From the NCBI GenBank assembly GCA_965613355.1, contig CBFDVJ010000001.1, positions 22,688-86,687 on the forward strand: a DNA stretch of 64,000 nt, written 5' to 3'. This DNA is from an uncultured Archaeoglobales archaeon. Its GTDB lineage: Archaea; Halobacteriota; Archaeoglobi; Archaeoglobales; Archaeoglobaceae. A program made the position numbers and the translations under genes. Shown piece after piece: positions 1 through 9,800 of this stretch; positions within the stretch are counted from its first letter, which is position 1; every line of letters starts with the position of its first letter. The notes beneath the pieces were generated by a model, which made no database searches, was not told the origin of the DNA, and saw only the letters and a program-made list of their open reading frames with translations.

Positions 1-1
1 A

Positions 2-619
2 AAGCAGTTCGTCAGAGTTGTGAGTTGTAACACAACAGGGCTGACGAGGCTGATTTACACGATCAAAAAGAACTATCCGATCAAAAAGGTAAGAGCCACG
101 ATGATCAGGAGGGTTGTGGATCCAAAGGAGGATAAAAAAGGCTTAGTCAATGGAATCGAACCCAATCCAATAAAGCTGCCTTCCCATCACGGCCCGGATG
201 TTCAATCCGTGCTGCCTGACGTAAACATAATCACAACAGCATTTAAGGTTCCGACTACACTCATGCATGTCCATTCCGTTTCAATAGAATTTCAGGATTC
301 AGTTAGTGAAGATGATGTGTTGAGGGCGCTATCAGAGGAGCCAAGAATTATGCTGATTAATTCAGCCGACGGATTCACATCAACTACGAGGATCATCGAA
401 TTTGCAAGGGAGCTTAGACTTCGCTATGATCTCTATGAGAACGCGGTATGGGCAGATTCAATCGGTATCGTCGATGGAGAACTTTACGTAACTCAAGCAA
501 TAAACCAGGAATCAATCGTTGTTCCTGAGAACATTGACGCTATTAGGGCGATGCTTGAGCTCAAAGACAAGGGTGAAAGCATAAAGGAGACGAACAAGAA
601 CCTTAAAATTGGAGTTTGA
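2..619 (-). other. placeholder not used
   Basis: Erroneous strand entry; see the + strand gap feature with the same coordinates. Confidence 0.
2..619 (+). CDS. gap: Glyceraldehyde-3-phosphate dehydrogenase, archaeal type II (5' truncated by window edge)
   Basis: Frame is open from base 2 (KQFVRVVSCNTTGL). Catalytic SCNT motif, PSHHGPDV and QAINQESIVVPENIDAIRAM are typical of archaeal GAPDH. Confidence 0.95.
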   Translation, partial: KQFVRVVSCNTTGLTRLIYTIKKNYPIKKVRATMIRRVVDPKEDKKGLVNGIEPNPIKLPSHHGPDVQSVLPDVNIITTAFKVPTTLMHVHSVSIEFQDSVSEDDVLRALSEEPRIMLINSADGFTSTTRIIEFARELRLRYDLYENAVWADSIGIVDGELYVTQAINQESIVVPENIDAIRAMLELKDKGESIKETNKNLKIGV

Positions 620-633
620 TTAATTTAATTTAA

Positions 634-1866
634 TAGGGTCCTTACCAAATCACATCTCAGCCAACCTTTGTAACTCCTTCTTTTCTCTAAAGCCCATAGC
701 AACAACCACGCCAACCAGAAGGACATTCAAAGCTGCAAATTTTAACACAGATCTCCTCGTATAGCGGTGCAATCTTCTCAATCCGAAGGATTTAGCGAGT
801 TTAAACACATCCTCAATGGCAGATCTAACAGCCTTGAACTCACCCCATCTCTGCAGCAAATTCAAAAGCTTGGATTTTAAAGCCTTAAATCTCCTCTTCT
901 CCTCCTTCAGCTTTGAACTGAAAATGCTGAGGGGGTAGCTCAGCATTCCATTTAATCTTTCAACGTCAAAGTTGCTTCGAGGAAAGATCAGAGGAACGAT
1001 TCTGTACTCATTAATCCCGATTAAATAGTTCCCGTAAGCATAAAAACCCTTGTCCATGATGATGACATCTCCTTTCCTGATCATCTTTCTCCTCCTAAGC
1101 TCTTCCATTATTTCCTGGAATATCCTAGCCTCATGCCTGTTCGCTGGATGTAAAAGAAAGAGAAGAGGCTTGATGGAAGGATGCTCCAAGACCAAAGTCA
1201 GTTTCATACCAATAAACATCCCCTTCGAAGAATATCCCCATCTGTATTCTTTCCCTCTAAATCTCTCTGTTTTATTGGTTTCCTGAACAGTTCAAATCGA
1301 CGCTTACATCCGTGCAATCTATGATTACTCTGGTGTTTCTTGCTCTCCTCTTCGTTATTGAGTTTAGAATTCTTAAAACCATGTTTACAAAGTCGTTAAG
1401 GCTGAACTTTGAAAGGAAGGAATAAACGTAACTTGTTTTGGGTATTTCTTTGTCTATTCCCATATAACTCTCTCAGCTCTTCTCTCTGCTTTAATTCGCT
1501 GACAACGTGGCTGATTCTCGTTGAGAAGAACATGGAAGTTGTAACGAGCTTTAAAATCGAGATTGCTTTTAGGCTAGTGTACCTCGCAATTATCTTCTTT
1601 ACCTTCCTTAAATCGAAAACCTTAAGTATTTTCTTAAGCAATTCCCATCTGTAGTCGCTTTGGCAGACTACGAGCGGTATATGCATTTAAACCACCAGAG
1701 GAGGCTTATGCCTCCTCCTACATAAGTTTTTCGGTTTTATGTTGCTTTGTTTCCTTTGAAGAGAAGCTTGGTTATGTCTCTTTTAGTGGGAAGGTTGAAT
1801 TGCTTGTTGTTTGTAGATTGGATGGGTTAGAGAAGAGATTTGGTTCAAGGTTGTGTAAGCACCCTA
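634..1866 (-). mobile_element. Insertion sequence (~1233 bp), DDE transposase of IS4/IS5-like type, inactive
   Basis: Terminal inverted repeats TAGGGTCCTTAC (634-645) and GTAAGCACCCTA (1855-1866) match 11/12. AATTTAA flanks both ends (627-633, 1867-1873). Encloses transposase fragments. Confidence 0.8.
650..1686 (-). pseudogene. Frameshifted DDE transposase
   Basis: ORFs 1396-1686, 1272-1463 and 650-1219 join into one protein with DDE-like motifs (IIDCTD, IMDKGFYA, RSAIEDVFK). Frameshifts near 1465, 1290 and 1252. Confidence 0.85.
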
Positions 1867-2103
1867 AATTTAAGTACTTCACTCGTCTCTTCTTCTTTAT
1901 TTTCACGAGAATAAGTGTTTTAGGAAGTGATTTGTTGGAACTTCAGCATAATTGCCAATTGACTTCAATGAGTTCGACAATAATTCGTGAACTAAACCTA
2001 CCTGAGTTTTCTCCAGCTCGTAGACTTTTTAGATTGTCAAACATATATCACAATTCAAATCTCAGCACAAGATATTTATTCTACTTCTACCACTTATTCT
2101 ACT

Positions 2104-2343
2104 ATGCCCACAAAATCCATAAAACTGACCGAGGAAACTTATAAAAAATTAGTCGAGATCGCCGGGAAGTTGCAATCAGAGCTTAAGAAACCTGTTTCCA
2201 TTGAAGATGCGATAAAATACCTTTTAAAAAGGAGAATAAGTGACCTTGCCGGTTCATGGGATGTTAGTGATGAAGAAATTCATGCGATCAAAAAGTCGTT
2301 GGATGAGGGGTGGAAGACTTGGAGATCTCCAAAATCTGCCTAG
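2104..2343 (+). CDS. Putative VapB-type antitoxin
   Basis: 79 aa, N-terminal KSIKLTEETYKKL DNA-binding-like motif, overlaps the downstream PIN gene. Confidence 0.75.
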   Translation: MPTKSIKLTEETYKKLVEIAGKLQSELKKPVSIEDAIKYLLKRRISDLAGSWDVSDEEIHAIKKSLDEGWKTWRSPKSA

Positions 2344-2723
2344 ACACGGACATTCTCATAGATTTCTTGAAAGGCGACCCTGAGATTGTAAAGAAGACAA
2401 AGGAGCTTGAAGAGAGACACGAGCTGACTACAACCACGATCAACATATTTGAGCTGTACTTTGGTGCTTTCAAGAGCAGAAAGGTGGAAGGGAATGTTAA
2501 AGCTGTGGATGAGTTAGTCGAAAGGCTGGAACCGTTGAAGTTCACATCCAATTCCGCAAAAATTTCCGGTAAGATAATCGCAGATTTAGAAAGAAAAGGA
2601 GAGCCAATCGATTTCAGGGATGCGATGATTGCAGGAATCGCTCTGGAAAATGAAGCTTTGATATACACAAGAAACATGAGACATTTCAAAAGAGTTGAGG
2701 AGTTAAAGCTGTACGAAGGATGA
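2310..2723 (+). CDS. vapC: PIN-domain VapC toxin (likely TTG start at 2319)
   Basis: LDTDILID, INIFEL, DAMIAGIAL and YTRNMRHF are PIN motifs. GAGGGGTG SD lies 6 nt before TTG 2319. Confidence 0.9.
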   Translation: MEDLEISKICLDTDILIDFLKGDPEIVKKTKELEERHELTTTTINIFELYFGAFKSRKVEGNVKAVDELVERLEPLKFTSNSAKISGKIIADLERKGEPIDFRDAMIAGIALENEALIYTRNMRHFKRVEELKLYEG

Positions 2724-2862
2724 GTTTTTTATTAATCTCAAGCTGCTGGCTTAGGTATCCTTGATAACTATCGCAAAATTCATCCCAACTTTCGATTGTC
2801 CCGGTTCCTGACATCTCAACATCCCGATACCCCAGAACGGGAGGATCAGCTATTGGACCATA

Positions 2863-3411
2863 CTAGCGATCAACCAGCTTTTCTTCAGGAATTATAACCG
2901 TATAGCCTCCACTCTCCACACTTTCTCGAAGCTCCCTCATTCCAATACCAAGACCGTAACAGAATATTTTTCTGCTTGGTTTGATTTTAATAAAAACGTA
3001 ATCTCTGCTATCCGATTTGTTGGATTGAGCTAACATCATTTTCAGAGTTCTCTTTTGACTGAATGCCTTCTGAGCTTCAGAATCATCAAGAGGCACGATC
3101 TCTGCTGTTCCCCGTATTTGCACAGTGGAATCTGGAACGAATCGAAGGTAATAATGCGGGAAGGGCACGACAAATGAGACGTGTGGATTTGCTTTGATGT
3201 TTCGAACTTTTTTGTAGTTCTTGCCGGTTAAAATGAAGAAAAAGAACTTGAGTCTGGCAGAGATTCCGTAAAGGACTCCAGTTGAGTGGGGCTTTCCTTT
3301 CGGATCTGTGGTGCTGAGAATACCAAAGGTCTTTTTCCGTAGCTGTTTCTCAACAAAATCAAACGTGATGTTAGATTTTTGTTTGGGTGGCGAGGCCATC
3401 AACTCAGACAC
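2863..3411 (-). CDS. Pyridoxamine 5'-phosphate oxidase-like (split-barrel flavin-binding) protein
   Basis: FGILSTTDPKGKPHSTGV, KKVRNIKANPHVSF and VQIRGTAEIV pattern. Confidence 0.8.
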   Translation of the reverse strand: MSELMASPPKQKSNITFDFVEKQLRKKTFGILSTTDPKGKPHSTGVLYGISARLKFFFFILTGKNYKKVRNIKANPHVSFVVPFPHYYLRFVPDSTVQIRGTAEIVPLDDSEAQKAFSQKRTLKMMLAQSNKSDSRDYVFIKIKPSRKIFCYGLGIGMRELRESVESGGYTVIIPEEKLVDR

Positions 3412-3543
3412 GGGACCATCTCGAATAGTTGAGTTATAGGTTATGAGCGTAGAGCGTAGATAGAGTTAAATCTTTCCCTTATTTCTCCAATTTTCCCCTT
3501 AATTCTCAAACTTCAAAATCCTCTAAATAAAGTTCACCGAAAG

Positions 3544-3987
3544 TCAAAAAAGCAAGGGCAGATGCATCTCGTATTCAAATCCTACAGATTTGACGAAGAA
3601 CCCTGTCTTTTCAAAGACATGAATGGCTCTCATGTTGTTTCTGTCTGTTGTGACGATTATCCTCTCATATCCCGCATCTCTACACATCTCCACAACCGCT
3701 GAGACCATCTTCTGCCCTATGCCCCTGTTCTGAAAATCCTTGTGTACGAATATCGTCAGGTGTGCAGCCTCGCCTTCAGGAACGATTGCAAGATGTCCAA
3801 CTATCCTCCCATCCATCTCAGCAACGATGGATAACCCGTTTGAGGAAAGAAAGTCGATCCATCTTTCAATTTCCTCTTCACTTTCCGGCGGTAAGCCAAG
3901 GGTCCTCTCCGCTGGGGAGAAAGCTTTGTACATCCTCACAAGATCTTCCCTATCTTTCCCGCTGTCATAGACTCTTATCGCAATCAC
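3544..3987 (-). CDS. GNAT family N-acetyltransferase
   Basis: IFVHKDFQNRGIGQKM acetyl-CoA motif A; NMRAIHVFEKTGF motif B. Confidence 0.9.
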   Translation of the reverse strand: MIAIRVYDSGKDREDLVRMYKAFSPAERTLGLPPESEEEIERWIDFLSSNGLSIVAEMDGRIVGHLAIVPEGEAAHLTIFVHKDFQNRGIGQKMVSAVVEMCRDAGYERIIVTTDRNNMRAIHVFEKTGFFVKSVGFEYEMHLPLLF

Positions 3988-4089
3988 TCAATCACCTTGC
4001 TAATGCGTGACACAGTAGCAGCATATAAACTTTTTGGTTTTTGACTGAAGCACAAAAATTATTTTTAAAACTCAGGATGAAAAGACCGC

Positions 4090-4770
4090 ATGAATAGTGA
4101 AATAGATGAAATTTACCTCAGAATTTCAGTTAAAGATTCCAAGATCTTTGTTTCAATAGGAAAAGTAGTAGGAACAAAGGTCGAAAAAAGTAAAGAGAAA
4201 ACGATGGAACTGTTTTACAGGATTTTGGAGGAAATTAAAAACAACTATAACCTCGAAAATCTAAAAGATCATCCTGTTGTACGGGCATACAGAGATTTTT
4301 ACTGGAGGATAGGGATAGATCCAACCAAACAAAGGCCCAGCAGCGAGGCGTTGTTGAGAAGAGGATTGAAAGGCAATATTCCTGTGATAAACAATGTGGT
4401 TGATGCCGGAAATATTGCGAGCATGGAAACCTTGGTGCCCATTGGATTATACGATCTGGATCTAATTGAAGGGAAGCTTGAGCTCAGAGAAGCCGTGGAA
4501 GGTGAGATTTTTGAGCCTATCGGTGGTAGAAAAGAGGAACTAAGGGAGAATCAAATTGTCCTTGCTGATGAAAGGAAGATTCTACACGTCTATCCACATA
4601 GAGACTCAAAACTGACGATGATTCGAGAAACAACGAAGAACGTGCTCGTTGTTGCATGCGGTGTGCCGGGAGTTGAGGAGAGGATTGTTTTAGAGGCGTG
4701 CAGGAAAGCTTCAGAGTATATAACAGAACTTGCTGGCGGGAGTAAAAGGGAATGCAGAGTTGTTAGGTGA
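4090..4770 (+). CDS. Stand-alone B3/4 domain protein (PheRS-beta editing-domain-like)
   Basis: AYRDFYWRIGIDPTKQRPSSEALLRR, INNVVDAGN and IGLYDLD motifs. Confidence 0.9.
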   Translation: MNSEIDEIYLRISVKDSKIFVSIGKVVGTKVEKSKEKTMELFYRILEEIKNNYNLENLKDHPVVRAYRDFYWRIGIDPTKQRPSSEALLRRGLKGNIPVINNVVDAGNIASMETLVPIGLYDLDLIEGKLELREAVEGEIFEPIGGRKEELRENQIVLADERKILHVYPHRDSKLTMIRETTKNVLVVACGVPGVEERIVLEACRKASEYITELAGGSKRECRVVR

Positions 4771-4923
4771 ATGGACTCAATTTCAATCTGGATTTTTTAA
4801 CTTCGTTCAAGTTAACTTAAGGATTAGACTAATTCTATAATTCTATGGATCAATCCCAATAGAACAATTCAGCACTCCTAATTCCTAAATCGAATTTATC
4901 TTAATCTTAACCTCCAAACTCAA

Positions 4924-5469
4924 CTACTCTCCAGCCAACCGATCGTAAATAAGTCTGCCATTGACAATTCTTGCTTCCTTCGAGATTTTATGCTCAACCT
5001 TCCGATCGTTAAGGATGTGAATGACTTTCCATCCTTTCATAGCCAGGTAATCCGAGATAAACTTCCTATGACACCTCCAATAAAGCTTTTCGGCGCACAT
5101 TATGGCAGAGGGTCTCAAAACTGCGATTTCTTGAAGTTCTTCGATCGCCGTTTTGAATTCTTCGGTAAGCATGTAGTCAGCGTAATTCCTGAAGCCCTCA
5201 CTTTTTATTGCCTTGTTGGGAGAATCATCCATTATCTTCTTCCTGTAACCCCCTAAAGTGGGAAACCAGTAATACTCGATTCCCGATTCTGAAAGAATCT
5301 GCCTGAGATACTCCCCTTTGAAGTGGGGAAATTTCGAGGTTGGAAACCTCCTAACATCTATCAGGATTTCAATCTCGTTTCTGATAAGCAGTTCAACAAA
5401 TTCCTCTGCCTTTCTGTTGGAGTGGCCGATCGTGAATATTCTTTTTATTTCTTTTCCCTCTGCCTCCAT
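4924..5469 (-). CDS. DUF488 family protein
   Basis: IFTIGHSNR, LIDVRRFPTS, LGGYR and IMCAEKLYWRCHRKFISD are DUF488 signatures. Confidence 0.9.
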   Translation of the reverse strand: MEAEGKEIKRIFTIGHSNRKAEEFVELLIRNEIEILIDVRRFPTSKFPHFKGEYLRQILSESGIEYYWFPTLGGYRKKIMDDSPNKAIKSEGFRNYADYMLTEEFKTAIEELQEIAVLRPSAIMCAEKLYWRCHRKFISDYLAMKGWKVIHILNDRKVEHKISKEARIVNGRLIYDRLAGE

Positions 5470-5529
5470 CTAATTTATCTTTTTAGTCCTAGGTTTAAAA
5501 TTTCCTTTTAAAATTTCAGTTGGTTCTAG

Positions 5530-6843
5530 TTATCTTGTTCTTCTCAAGGGTATTGCCACTAACATCACCAATGCCACTAAAATTCCCGTCAGAGCGGTGA
5601 GAGATTCAAAACCCGGAATCCTCGGAACTGATTCCGGTTGCTCAGTGGATGTTGAGATTGGAGTTGGAGTTGTTGGAGTTGGAGTTTGCAGGACTGGCTT
5701 TTCTGGTTGGATACTTTTTGCTGCTAAGACATAGATTCCGCTTTTATTAGACATAAAACTTAAAGCAATTTCAGAATCACTTGTATTGTAGTAATCAGAC
5801 GTCCTTTCAATTGTTTCCTCACCTAACCGATAAAAGGCAAGGGTTGATACATTAATTTGCTTGGATAATTCTTTAATTTCTTCATCGGATAGATTTGATT
5901 CCATATAAATGTACCCGGCCTCGGTATAGACATCAGGTATTACCGTTGCATATATCGAATCGCTAAGCATGACCAATCCTTCAGGCAACGAATTCAATCT
6001 CACGATTGACAACTGAAATTCCTCGCCAGAAACGTTGAGGTTTTTAAGAGAATAGAGAGATCCATGAGATGCCTGATCTCGGATAAAAACTCCCTTCTCT
6101 GCGATACTCCCAGAAACTATGAATCCGTATTCGGAAAAAGTGGAAAGAAACGCACTATCTTCGCTATCTTCTCCATCTCCTCTATCTTCTCTTCCTACAA
6201 ACACTACATCTTTTACTCTATTTGCCATACCACCGGAAAGCTTAACACCTTTCTGAAATCCTTGGAGGATGAGGTTGGAGAGCAAGATTTTTCTTGAGGC
6301 CGAAACTTCAATTCCCACTTCATCTCCCTCCAGAAAGCTGTCCTTGAGCTTTATAGAGGTGGAATGTTCCACCGTTACACCTACTGCACATCCTTTGATT
6401 TCCAACCTTTGAAGGGTAATATTCATACTTTCGGTTATCTTTATGGCTTCCATATTGTCTTGGAAGACGCAGTTCTTAACATCCAAATCACCAGAATATA
6501 AAATCTCCAGCCCCGTTGATCCGTTGATGATGCGCATACCTTCAATCACAACATTCGGCGTAGAGATAACCTGAATTGTAGGAAGCAATCGGATTTTAGG
6601 CTCAAGAGTTGTTTTCTCACCTCCTACAATATTTACAGACTTTTCTATCTTCAAATTCTCACGATAAGTTCCCGGAGCTATCAAAATCGTATCTCCCTCT
6701 TTCGAGGCGTTGATTGCATCCTGAATGTTGGAAAAATCACATTCCTCGCACACTTGAATTGCGTTTGCGTTAGCAGATGACGCTAACAGAGCAAGTACGA
6801 GAAGTATAGAGAATATCACTAGGGCTTTTTTTAAAGATCCCAT
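5530..6843 (-). CDS. Cell-surface protein: signal peptide, NosD/CASH-type beta-helix, beta-sandwich, Thr/Pro linker, PGF-CTERM sorting signal
   Basis: Hydrophobic N-terminus; SNIQDAINASKEGDTILIAPGTYRENL helix cap; C-terminus IPGFESLTALTGILVALVMLVAIPLRRTR (PGF + TM + basic tail). Confidence 0.85.
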   Translation of the reverse strand: MGSLKKALVIFSILLVLALLASSANANAIQVCEECDFSNIQDAINASKEGDTILIAPGTYRENLKIEKSVNIVGGEKTTLEPKIRLLPTIQVISTPNVVIEGMRIINGSTGLEILYSGDLDVKNCVFQDNMEAIKITESMNITLQRLEIKGCAVGVTVEHSTSIKLKDSFLEGDEVGIEVSASRKILLSNLILQGFQKGVKLSGGMANRVKDVVFVGREDRGDGEDSEDSAFLSTFSEYGFIVSGSIAEKGVFIRDQASHGSLYSLKNLNVSGEEFQLSIVRLNSLPEGLVMLSDSIYATVIPDVYTEAGYIYMESNLSDEEIKELSKQINVSTLAFYRLGEETIERTSDYYNTSDSEIALSFMSNKSGIYVLAAKSIQPEKPVLQTPTPTTPTPISTSTEQPESVPRIPGFESLTALTGILVALVMLVAIPLRRTR

Positions 6844-9800
6844 TACCTTTTCACCACCTTGATCTCAATATGACCGCTTATCTCCTGTCTCACGGATTTG
6901 GAGTTACTTCTCGAACTGCATGAGTAAGAGCGAGTGGAGGAGAAGTCTCTACTGCTTTCATGATGATAATCTCCCACAACCTCCTGCCATCTATCTTTAC
7001 CTGTTTTTTTGAGAATTAGGAGACCTGGTTTCACTTCGTAGTAGGGTACGGAGACTCTCTGCTTCTCAGCATAACCGGGATAAGAGCAACTAGCACCATC
7101 TCGAGGATTTGTTCCTGTATCACCATCATAAATGCAAACGTCGACAAAAGTGCTCGTTCCTTCTCCGAGAGATGAAGTAGAAACGTCTGTTTCAGTTCCT
7201 TTCATCAAAAATACTGGCCACTGAATGGGATCTATTGCCAACACCAAGTCTCCGTTACTAGTCTCCCACAAGAGCCAAGTTCTTTCATTGGAGACTCTCG
7301 ATGAAAGGGAAGTATCCTCTACCTTCACATGGCTACTCCCAGAGATACCACTGTTGCCACTGCAGCCATCGGTGTAACTTCCGCTATGAGTTCTAGAGTA
7401 GCTACTCTGGTATTTGTAAGCGTAACTGGCTGTAATTCTCTCTTTTCCTGTGCTTTCCTTCCAGTAAGTTTTTGATGTGAAGTGGATGGAAGAACGTGCA
7501 GACATCGTCCACTCCGCATCAGACGAGCCTGAATCCGCTGAATTGTAACATTCCTCCCCTATAGGACAGCAGAGATGCGGACAGTTCGATGTGGCAGAGG
7601 TTGTTCCGGATTCCTGATATAGAGAATTTCTTGTCCACGTGATGAACAGGACGAACTCTTTTTCCTTAACCTCGATGAAAGCCTCATCCCTCGGAGCTTC
7701 TGTATATCCAAGTCCTTGATATACTGCTGGTATCTTTACCAAACCTTCTTTCTTGCCTGCAACGAATTTAATTGTCGCTCTACCATTTTCACCGGTTATC
7801 GGGTTGTTGTGAGCATCAATAATGCCTAAAGGGAATACCTTTCCATCTAACAAAGCAAACTTCTCTATCAAGATCATCTTGTCAGCTAGGGGTGTCCTCT
7901 TACCGCCCAGCTCCTCTTTGTAGACGAAAATATGCAAGAGTGTTTGTTGTTTTGGTAGTAATTCGTCCTTCTCGGGCTTTATCTCAATTCCAATTCCTGC
8001 TATCTTAACCATCGCTAATCTGTGGATTTTCTTGCCACCTCTCGCCTTTGCAAACACTTCTATCTTATCCACACCAGCTCTAACGCCTTTGGATTGCATG
8101 AGGAAGTATTCTGCCTTAGCGACTCCTAAAGCGTCGGTTGTCGAGAAAACGTAACCGTAATCGCCCTTCCCCTCCGCTTTAACATAACCTCGATCGGTGA
8201 CCTCTTTGAAGTAAACCTTCGCTCCTTCGATAGCTTTACCTCTGCAGTCCCTTACAACTGCTTTGATTACCACTTTATCCTTTCCTTCCTCGAATGTGAG
8301 AGTTTCAGGATTAAGTGTTAAAAGCAAAGAGGGATCTCTTGGCGGTTTAGGATTGTTAACCTCCCACGTTTCGATGATCGATTTCAAATCACCCTGTGAG
8401 TTAATCAGATCATTTAAAATTGAGATATCATCACCTCTAGCTGTAACACCACTCACCCTAACGACATTATCTACATCGAGAAGCACAAGATTCATCAGGT
8501 TCGTGTCTCCAAGCATAACGTAGTTGAATCGAAGGATGTATTCTGCATTAACCATCTGTCGAATTCTTGATAGATCTGCTTCATCAGGATTCTCGGCCAA
8601 GAAATTCTCTTGCTCGAGCAGAGCACTCTTCACATCAACATCACTCGTTATAATCACTCCCGGAGACTTCGCCTGAATAAGCTCCTTAACCTTAATTGAG
8701 AAATATCTTTTGAGGGTTTCGGGAGTGTCGCCGGGATAGGTTTGCAGCAATTTTTCAACCGCCTCATCTCCCAGTTCTACAAAGAGGTATACTTTTGGTT
8801 TTGAACATCCCTCTTCCCCTTGGAACAAATCTGCATTTAGTATGCAGTTTCCTTCGCTTTCACTTAAGTTTAAGACTGAAGTGCCCTGAAGGTTAAGGCT
8901 AAAGGATGTTACACCGATGTCAGCAAGATCAATCTCTCCTGTGTAGCGAAGTGGGAGATTTCTTGTCCTATTTTCGCATCCAAGAGCTAGTTTAACCATA
9001 GGGATGTAGTATATCTTTCCATCGCTCGTATAGGCTTCGCCAGCAAGATAGTATTTACTTGGAGAAGCTGTTATTGAATAACCAAAGTGGTTTCCTTTAA
9101 ATTCAAACTCATTAGTTTCGAGGGTATAGGAGTCAATAAGTCTTATTCTGCTTAGGACGAAGGGAGAGGTGTCGTTGTCCGTTGCATTTCTTAGATACGT
9201 TCCTTTTATTGTTGATATGCCACAAACCTCAAATGTCTGGATGTCCTCTGCAACCAGCACCCCATCATCGTTGAAAAGGTTGCTTCTTAGGATGTAAGTG
9301 CCCTCTTTCCAATTACTGTTTATAAATTCTTCAAAAGCTATGAAGTAATCAGATTCTATGGGTTTGTATCGCTTACCTTCAGCCTTTTCAGAGAGCGTTG
9401 GTAGATGTACGACATTGCTTTCGGGATCCTCCATTGATGACAAAAGTGTCCCGTTTTGAGTTGAGTTTCCCGTGAGCATGTGTTCTATTATGACTTCCTG
9501 TCCATTGCTGAAGATTTCTCTGTTTATGTAGAGCTTTACTGAGGTTTGATTATTGTAGTAAAGCTTGTCCGTGGAGAGTGAGACCGTATTGAATCCATCT
9601 GCTAATCCATCTGCTAATCCATCTGCTATCTTGCCAACCAAAATGTAGGTTCCTGCTGAAAAGCTGTTGTTGAATTTAATCGAAGATGGCAAACGCCCAT
9701 AGTAGTTCGTTCTTAAGTAGTATGAATCTATCGGTTTTTTGGTTTCACTCCAGTCTGGATAGTAGAGTTTTTTGCCATCCGGGGTTAGAAGGTAGATGTA

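Noticed and set aside
2-619. First feature entry listing this span on the minus strand
   Set aside because: Entry error, given confidence 0; the gene is gap on the plus strand.
2104-2723. VapBC pair as a novel defence system
   Set aside because: Ordinary type II toxin-antitoxin pair, abundant in thermophilic archaea.
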